From the IMG/VR virus record IMGVR_UViG_3300036715_004471, positions 124,001 to 188,000 of that record: DNA of 64,000 nucleotides; one strand, 5' to 3'. The notes under the pieces are model-generated. The model saw only the letters and a list, made by a program, of their open reading frames with translations. It was not told the DNA's origin and did not search any database. The position numbers and the translations under genes were made by a program. This document shows positions 58,801-64,000 of this stretch, in pieces (the stretch's first letter is position 1; every line of letters begins with the position of its first letter).

Positions 58801-61800
58801 TTTGAGGCATTGGAGAAGATAACGTCAAACTTTGTCCATTGATTGATAATATGTTGTATCCAGAACTAGAAAAACCAATTTCATCTATGTAAATAGTATT
58901 TCCAATAAATACGTTATACGCACCGAAATCTATACTAGATGTAACAACTGCGCTTCCCGAATTGGTTTGTAAATCAGTTGAAGAAATAATATCTCCATTA
59001 GTTGATCCGATTATTTCTTCTGGGTCAACTGTTCTGAATTTTTCATGTAAGTATGGTCTCAGTTTTTGACCAGATTTTATGATATTTGGAACTTCAAAAC
59101 CATCTACGAATAGATGTATTTCATCTCTACCATTTCTAGTATTTAATTTCCAAGAAGTTGCTACATGATGCGGGTCGCCGGCTTTCCATCCAGATACATC
59201 GGCACTTACTATGTAAGGAGTTTTATCTTTATCAAAAACTCTAAAATTCAAATAACCACTAATATCTTTAAAAATGGAAATTCTATTTCTGCTTTTCTCT
59301 TCTCCCGCATCTAAGATGTAATGATCAACATCTGAAATAAAAGTAATGCCCTCATCAATTGGGGAGCCGCCCATTATACTAAAATTAATTGTACTGGTTC
59401 CAGTAGTAATTTTAATATTTGAAGGTTTTGGAATTACTAAACTCTTAGCATCATAAAACATACCGTTAGAAGTAATTTTGAAACTGTAATTTGAACTTGA
59501 TGATGAAACATATCCATCTATAATTTCGACATACCATCTCAAAAAATTACCCGAAATGTCTTTGTCATAATAAATGAAAACACCGTCTTTATTCTTATTC
59601 GGAGTACCTACCGCATCACTTAATTTAGTAAGTGAAAAAACATCATTGGTTATTTCTGGATGATTTTCTCCTACACCAATAAAGACAAATGCAGGATTGA
59701 TGGTGTAACCATCTTTTTGAATATTAAAAGATAATGATGCATCATTATCTAATCCATTCCAAGAAGGACTAATCCAGGTTTCAAAAGTACCCTCTTCTAA
59801 TCTAATATTAGAATTGAAAGGGAAATTAATTGATTGTTCAGATGAATTTAACAATACTCCATTGTCATATTTGACTGGTAATAATTGAAAACTTCCTGTA
59901 GTATTAATTGATTCGGGATTTAATAAGCTGCTGCCTAAAGACCAATTTTGAAAAACAGATTCGATTATTTCTGGCTCTATATGAGAAATAGTTTTACCTA
60001 TGTTTTTAATGGCAGTTAAAGTTGGTCCTTGAATAAAAGAAGTTAAAGCTGCTGTTAACGCATCACGATATCTCTCACGATTGAAATCTACATCGAAATT
60101 GGATAGTTCCGGAATATTAACCAATGTTCCAAAGTTTCTTAACAATGCATCCCTAAGTGCCCCTACTTTGTAACTGACATAATAAGTGGTATTGGTTGGT
60201 AAGTTTTTGTTTTTTCTAAAATCAATAACATTATCACCGTATTCATAACTAATAATAATTTCATCAGCTACATATGTATAATCAATATAATATTCGCCCT
60301 TATTATAATCTACCACTACTCTAGATGCATCGTCAATTGTAAAGGTAAAAACTACATTAACTAAATCGCCAACCACAGGAGAACCAATGCCTGGTAGAAT
60401 CAATTTAATTGGATTTCCTGGAACCAAGGTTCCTGAATTATCCCACAGAGAAACAGAATCAGAAACTCTGGTGATTTGAAAAGAATAATTTACATTAGTA
60501 GATAAATATGGAATATTCTGATCAATTATTACGTAGTAATTAGATCCGTCAAATTGTACATTTTCAAATGACTGACCAGTTAATGGGTTTACTTGAATAT
60601 TGAATCCATTGCTAGTACTTGAGAAAGCAAAATTCAAAGGTTTTGTACTGTTAATTAAATCTTGATATTCAAATACTGATCTGACAAATTTAATTTGGTT
60701 TGTCACACCAGAAATAAAACTAGAATCAACAAAAGTGCCAATGTCCCCATTGCTTATTTGATAAACGGAATTTAAATCTCCATTCAATGATAATTCATCA
60801 GAATAATCTAAAGTTTGCGGAATAATAAATCCATCTCCAAAAGAAGTATAGGAGAAAGTTTTATTCTTTTGATCTAATACGCTAATCTGATAGTAAATAT
60901 CATCTACGCTAATCAAATGTGGAAATTGTGGAACAATACTATCATTTTTGTAAGATACTGTGCCAATATTAAAATTTTGTGGATTTGTTACTGCACAGTA
61001 TATAATACCATGAGTATAATCAACAAGGTATTCTCCCAAACTAGATAACCTATTTATATTAGTAGCCTCATCTAATTGTCTATTGAACCATTTCTCAGCA
61101 GAAAAAATAGTAGTATCAGAAAATGTTAAACTAGTATTAAAAGAAGAGGCAATGCCATCTTCTGTTCCACCAATAATAGAATTGTTTGCTAAAAATATCT
61201 TGATGATACTTAATAGACTAGAATTAACTAAAGAAGTATTGATGTACAATAATTCATTAATAACATTATTGAAACTAACTCTTTCTCCAATTAATTGCTT
61301 TATAGCTGGCGGGGTATTGTATCTAAAGTAAACTTTATCATTATTCCATCTGTCTAATGTATAGATTTCACCAGATGTTTCATTATATATTCTGAATACA
61401 TTAGTAACCGGCGCGTTTTGTACTCTAATAGCATTAGCTGCAACCAAATTATTTGCAATTCTTTCTGTTAATACTTCTTGATGTAAATCTGCTACATAAT
61501 CTACACCAGGAATTAATACTTTTTCGTAATTGAAATTAATATTTCCTTGGGCAAATCTTAAGTTACCATTAGGTAGTGTGACCAAATCTAATAGATCTGC
61601 ATCATAAACATAATCTTGTTCTAATTTATATGTCAATAAGTAATTATATGTAGCCAATGGAGGATATGGACCTGTACCATCGTTGGTTAAATCTACCCCA
61701 TATACATAAACAGTTCCAGTAGCATAATCAATACTGTACTGTCCTGGACTAAATGGAAGACCATTTAATCTAAATGGTAATTCATATAAAAACGCAGGAT

Positions 61801-62971
61801 GTTTTGTGCTATCAACAACATTAGGATCAATAAAAGAAATGCCGCCCATAGTAATAACATTACCATTCAAATCTGTTATAGGGGCATGTTGCAAATTAAA
61901 AATGTTGATAACTGGTGGAAGAACTTCTCTAAAAGAAGATTTCACCGTAGTAACAGTAACAGTATTTTCATTAACTATTCTGCCTAAATCTTTAGATTCA
62001 TATTGAATTTGAACGTTGAAAATATCAGTTAGAGAAAAATTTGGATCTTCCAAAATTTTATCGCTAATTCTAATTTGATTATCATCCAGCAAAGAATAAT
62101 CAAAAGAAAATTCTTGATCATATCTGGAATTCTTAATCTGATATCCATACTTAGCAATGTCATAAGTATATGACGGGCTTGCGGTGAGTAAGGTAAATAC
62201 AATACTATTAACTTTAGTAATAGGAGATGTTGATAGATTTAGCACCAAACTATTAATATTAAAGTGACCAGCTTGATCAGTTGAGCTTGGTTTCAATTGT
62301 TCTACATTACTTTGTCTCTGTAAAGTAATTGGATAATCGGGGAAATTATCAATAGGAAATACTAAATTAGCATTAGATGTACTAACGCCTCTACCAACTC
62401 TAGTAATTTCGTAAGCACACTCTTGATTAAGTCTATCAGTTGGACCACTGCCCCTAGTTTTTTGTTCATCAGTAACAGTAAAACTTAGATAATTTTCATT
62501 TTTAACTTGATTAATATCATACAAAGCCCTAGACAAAGACACTGATAAAGAGTCAATATATTTAGAGATTAACCCATTACTATCACTTAAATCATAAATG
62601 TTGTTTTGAAAATATGATTTGAAATATTCTCTTACAATATTATCTGAAGGTAATGGACCAGTGATTAGATATTTGTTTTGCACTCCATCTTCAACTACCT
62701 TAGCATCACCATTAACTGAAGTGAATGGGTTAGTTGGTGTAGAAGAGAATTTAATGAAATATGCAGCAAGCGCAGTTAATGGTTGACAAGTAATACTCAA
62801 AATACTTCCAGTAATTTTAAGAATCAGTGGCTCTGAATCTGGAACGCCTGTAGTTTCTGATATGATAGCAACGTTAGATGTAACAAGACCCATTGTCAAG
62901 TTTTCTGTAAAAGTGACATCAATATTTGAGCTGTCATTTATCTGTACGTTAACTATTCTGAGATTTTGCAT
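55862..62971 (-). CDS. Very large baseplate/tail protein with LamG/ConA-like domains
   Basis: 2369 aa; two EGT(F/I)ExW...HH/WH...LF(V/L)DG LamG-like units; directly downstream of the baseplate J-like gene. Confidence 0.7.
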   Translation of the reverse strand: MQNLRIVNVQINDSSNIDVTFTENLTMGLVTSNVAIISETTGVPDSEPLILKITGSILSITCQPLTALAAYFIKFSSTPTNPFTSVNGDAKVVEDGVQNKYLITGPLPSDNIVREYFKSYFQNNIYDLSDSNGLISKYIDSLSVSLSRALYDINQVKNENYLSFTVTDEQKTRGSGPTDRLNQECAYEITRVGRGVSTSNANLVFPIDNFPDYPITLQRQSNVEQLKPSSTDQAGHFNINSLVLNLSTSPITKVNSIVFTLLTASPSYTYDIAKYGYQIKNSRYDQEFSFDYSLLDDNQIRISDKILEDPNFSLTDIFNVQIQYESKDLGRIVNENTVTVTTVKSSFREVLPPVINIFNLQHAPITDLNGNVITMGGISFIDPNVVDSTKHPAFLYELPFRLNGLPFSPGQYSIDYATGTVYVYGVDLTNDGTGPYPPLATYNYLLTYKLEQDYVYDADLLDLVTLPNGNLRFAQGNINFNYEKVLIPGVDYVADLHQEVLTERIANNLVAANAIRVQNAPVTNVFRIYNETSGEIYTLDRWNNDKVYFRYNTPPAIKQLIGERVSFNNVINELLYINTSLVNSSLLSIIKIFLANNSIIGGTEDGIASSFNTSLTFSDTTIFSAEKWFNRQLDEATNINRLSSLGEYLVDYTHGIIYCAVTNPQNFNIGTVSYKNDSIVPQFPHLISVDDIYYQISVLDQKNKTFSYTSFGDGFIIPQTLDYSDELSLNGDLNSVYQISNGDIGTFVDSSFISGVTNQIKFVRSVFEYQDLINSTKPLNFAFSSTSNGFNIQVNPLTGQSFENVQFDGSNYYVIIDQNIPYLSTNVNYSFQITRVSDSVSLWDNSGTLVPGNPIKLILPGIGSPVVGDLVNVVFTFTIDDASRVVVDYNKGEYYIDYTYVADEIIISYEYGDNVIDFRKNKNLPTNTTYYVSYKVGALRDALLRNFGTLVNIPELSNFDVDFNRERYRDALTAALTSFIQGPTLTAIKNIGKTISHIEPEIIESVFQNWSLGSSLLNPESINTTGSFQLLPVKYDNGVLLNSSEQSINFPFNSNIRLEEGTFETWISPSWNGLDNDASLSFNIQKDGYTINPAFVFIGVGENHPEITNDVFSLTKLSDAVGTPNKNKDGVFIYYDKDISGNFLRWYVEIIDGYVSSSSSNYSFKITSNGMFYDAKSLVIPKPSNIKITTGTSTINFSIMGGSPIDEGITFISDVDHYILDAGEEKSRNRISIFKDISGYLNFRVFDKDKTPYIVSADVSGWKAGDPHHVATSWKLNTRNGRDEIHLFVDGFEVPNIIKSGQKLRPYLHEKFRTVDPEEIIGSTNGDIISSTDLQTNSGSAVVTSSIDFGAYNVFIGNTIYIDEIGFSSSGYNILSINGQSLTLSSPMPQTLSNGRFSVNRTHFTVVSDIDVSPNIAVSTINAFIVGSDINGFTDSNIVTSSSLDFSSVEVQVGYLIKIENMTLQNIYTILQVSGNSLIINDNLPIDISNTSYTIYNTNTEQEIPGVRALRPAYSVSKDINFNNVLTISDKVIMNDLILIRTLGINHRKIKRNYYVWSSGVENILMTKLPPPISLDEVDIIKVILPNTAINTSNSSVNLTVDQPSLSLTGRTLSATVAGTNVDFSTAVQVTIDGTTIGGPSNEIIIFTDYGTLDSVNQYLSVNFVNVVAQPLVLNRAACIATVKEKYSIIHAENNDGYAPIIRFSYSIGYGDTLYQSAINSVTDDNRLFSDLDINNYLVISAPSNAAGFYLITGISSDRKTLFVEPTLGGDVPIFNNGTYQILNVNAYRSGLQNGFFTFEIKNEPGTPYYLSKGFYEFEYFTYTRINLEPTRAKVFLGSDYNSQLQLHGLMDQVKIYSVMLTDTRIGESIPSNQRSITKDFNSLKALTKDSNTLMLISFNSFPFTNQADFYISPTPTKNHFYSSLVVNENFGNSLVLLDEPIVLPNEGILNTRKEGTIEFWMSPLFDTANDPHKRFYFDAFGAVVEDVVSVNNVSLKLSAPASQILSVQLKGGDPRIDYFAGGKIEIDTQNATQETSTSIGDNSVVVSHPILQVITVKIAGDPTNTDYFVNGSISTDMKTIYLGKLLPTNNVLVIVTYQSTENNNQNINTQVVRLNRRLPYHKSHITVKYVPKGLQGDRIAIFKDETGYINFAITASNKDYVIKAPTFWSRNTWHRIKASYRVNSGPSTDEMRLFLDGYQYSDVLFGTGLISGISPTVMGSVIVGDGYTILGNIKFKDSINQLFIGTQFDNQFPTFSLIDNLRISDMSRPIYAPYGEAIDVNYSSNLSTVFPVTMDLFTTYLLNSDIVSSINTDFAILKNRETGLFDFSVNIIDSLGIVSSSIKSKEALEKLIRVLKPANSRVFIQYTK

Positions 62972-62972
62972 A

Positions 62973-64000
62973 TTATCTAGTTTCTGTGTTGATAACTACA
63001 TTGTTAGGAATTAGATACTCATCTTGCTGTGCTTGAATACTTTGTACTTGACCTTGATTTCCAGTTTTATTAAAGTACAAAATTCTGGCTCTTGCAATAC
63101 CATTAACAGCTTGAGCTACATTAATCAATGTAGGTGCATCAACAATTTGCCCAAGTTTGGTAGGGGTCATGGCTGAGATTAACTGATCTCTCAAATTCTG
63201 TAACACAGTTGTTGTTGAAGAAAGAAAACTGTCAGCAATTACAACGTTGATAGTTAAATCTGTTAGCACTCTTTTTGATTGACGTACTAAAACATCAGCA
63301 TTAATAGGTCTTGTATTTTCTATACTGAAAGTTACATCAGTGATAATTTTATTGTAGTTGTACTTAACCACAATTCTTTCATTAGGTTTTGGTCCCAAAT
63401 AATTATAGAACACCTTATATCTAGAGCCCAAACTTGGTTGTGTGAAAGAAGCTCCGGTAAATTTCGTAGACTGAGAAGCCTTAAATCCGCTAGAAATATA
63501 GACCTTATTAATATGAGAGAATTTCTTGTTAGTATATAACGTACCGTTTTTGGTATAAGAAAGATTTTCAGAATCACCATCAACTGTATAATAAAAGGTG
63601 ATTCTAATTTTATCTCCTAGAGCTGGTAAATTATGAACACTGGTATTCAATGTATTATTACTGGTATTTGGCAGCACTATATCTAAATTATGAAGTGTCG
63701 GGTCGGCTAGTACTTCATTAGTATACAACAGATTATTTTGAATAGTAGTATTTTTCAAATCATATGTCGTTAATATTTGTAAGACTTCATCATTGCTGGC
63801 GCTAACTGTAATTACTTTTTCTAATTTAGTTATTCTGGCTATTTTTATATTGCTAGGTATTGTTGCTGCGCTAGAAATACCCAAAGCTTTTCTCAAAGCC
63901 TCGGCTATGTTTAATTTCAATCCAGTGTTAGTAGATGTAAAAACAATATCTTGAGCTTTGAATAAAGTGGTTCCAGCAACAGTAATAACACCAGTATTTA
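62973..64000 (-). CDS. Baseplate J/wedge-like protein, 5' end outside the window
   Basis: The frame stays open towards the window edge. The C-terminus RPINADVLV...LGQIVD...AVNGIARARI resembles baseplate J. Confidence 0.6.
   Translation of the reverse strand, partial: NTGVITVAGTTLFKAQDIVFTSTNTGLKLNIAEALRKALGISSAATIPSNIKIARITKLEKVITVSASNDEVLQILTTYDLKNTTIQNNLLYTNEVLADPTLHNLDIVLPNTSNNTLNTSVHNLPALGDKIRITFYYTVDGDSENLSYTKNGTLYTNKKFSHINKVYISSGFKASQSTKFTGASFTQPSLGSRYKVFYNYLGPKPNERIVVKYNYNKIITDVTFSIENTRPINADVLVRQSKRVLTDLTINVVIADSFLSSTTTVLQNLRDQLISAMTPTKLGQIVDAPTLINVAQAVNGIARARILYFNKTGNQGQVQSIQAQQDEYLIPNNVVINTETR

Noticed and set aside
7710-63583. Many 60-110-aa ORFs antisense to, or nested in, recognisable genes (e.g. 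7710, 13046, 25315, 34958, 45075, 61083)
   Set aside because: They are shadow ORFs with no motifs or RBS, fully overlapping well-supported genes.
2444-64000. Stop-codon reassignment (TAG or TGA) suggested by the phage RF2
   Set aside because: Conserved enzymes and 1331-2369-aa structural genes are intact in code 11 with tight gene packing; there is no fragmentation in this window.
1-64000. CRISPR array, tRNA, rRNA, integron attC sites or DGR template/variable repeats that might explain the gene arrays
   Set aside because: I saw no regularly spaced repeats, cloverleafs, reverse transcriptase or integrase by eye. The tagged genes abut or overlap with no room for recombination sites. tRNAscan and repeat finders were not run.

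Overview
This window looks like a 64-kb piece of a large (jumbo/huge) tailed-phage genome. About 2.1 kb of GC-rich DNA with small, hairpin-spaced genes is followed by AT-rich, gene-dense DNA. Replication genes include a DnaB helicase, DnaC-like loader, UvsW-like SF2 helicase, two DEDDh exonucleases and a tubulin/FtsZ-family GTPase. Nucleotide-metabolism genes include dUTPase, an HD hydrolase, ThyX, IMPDH/GMP reductase and class II RNR. Translation-related genes are RF2, IF-1 and MetAP. There is also a sigma factor, PhoH, a SET methyltransferase, a kinase-like protein, glycosylation enzymes, three free-standing endonucleases and large baseplate/tail genes at the right end. I saw no tRNA, rRNA or CRISPR array. 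The main unexplained signal is that 22 small accessory proteins of differing sequence (20 in the ORF track, one short ORF below its cutoff, one gene broken by a 17-bp duplication) end in the same C-terminal nonapeptide, [RK]-Hyd-x-x-Hyd-x-x-F-x-stop. Half of them belong to a divergent CxxC zinc-ribbon family. This suggests a library of variable proteins docking on, or targeted by, one common partner. Secondary signals are a strand-polarised GATGGG motif concentrated at the left end, a shared N-terminal leader ending in (L/E)AQ, sigma70-like promoters with a fixed 16-bp spacer, and a perfect 32-bp palindrome. All product calls come from motifs read by eye; no database searches were run.
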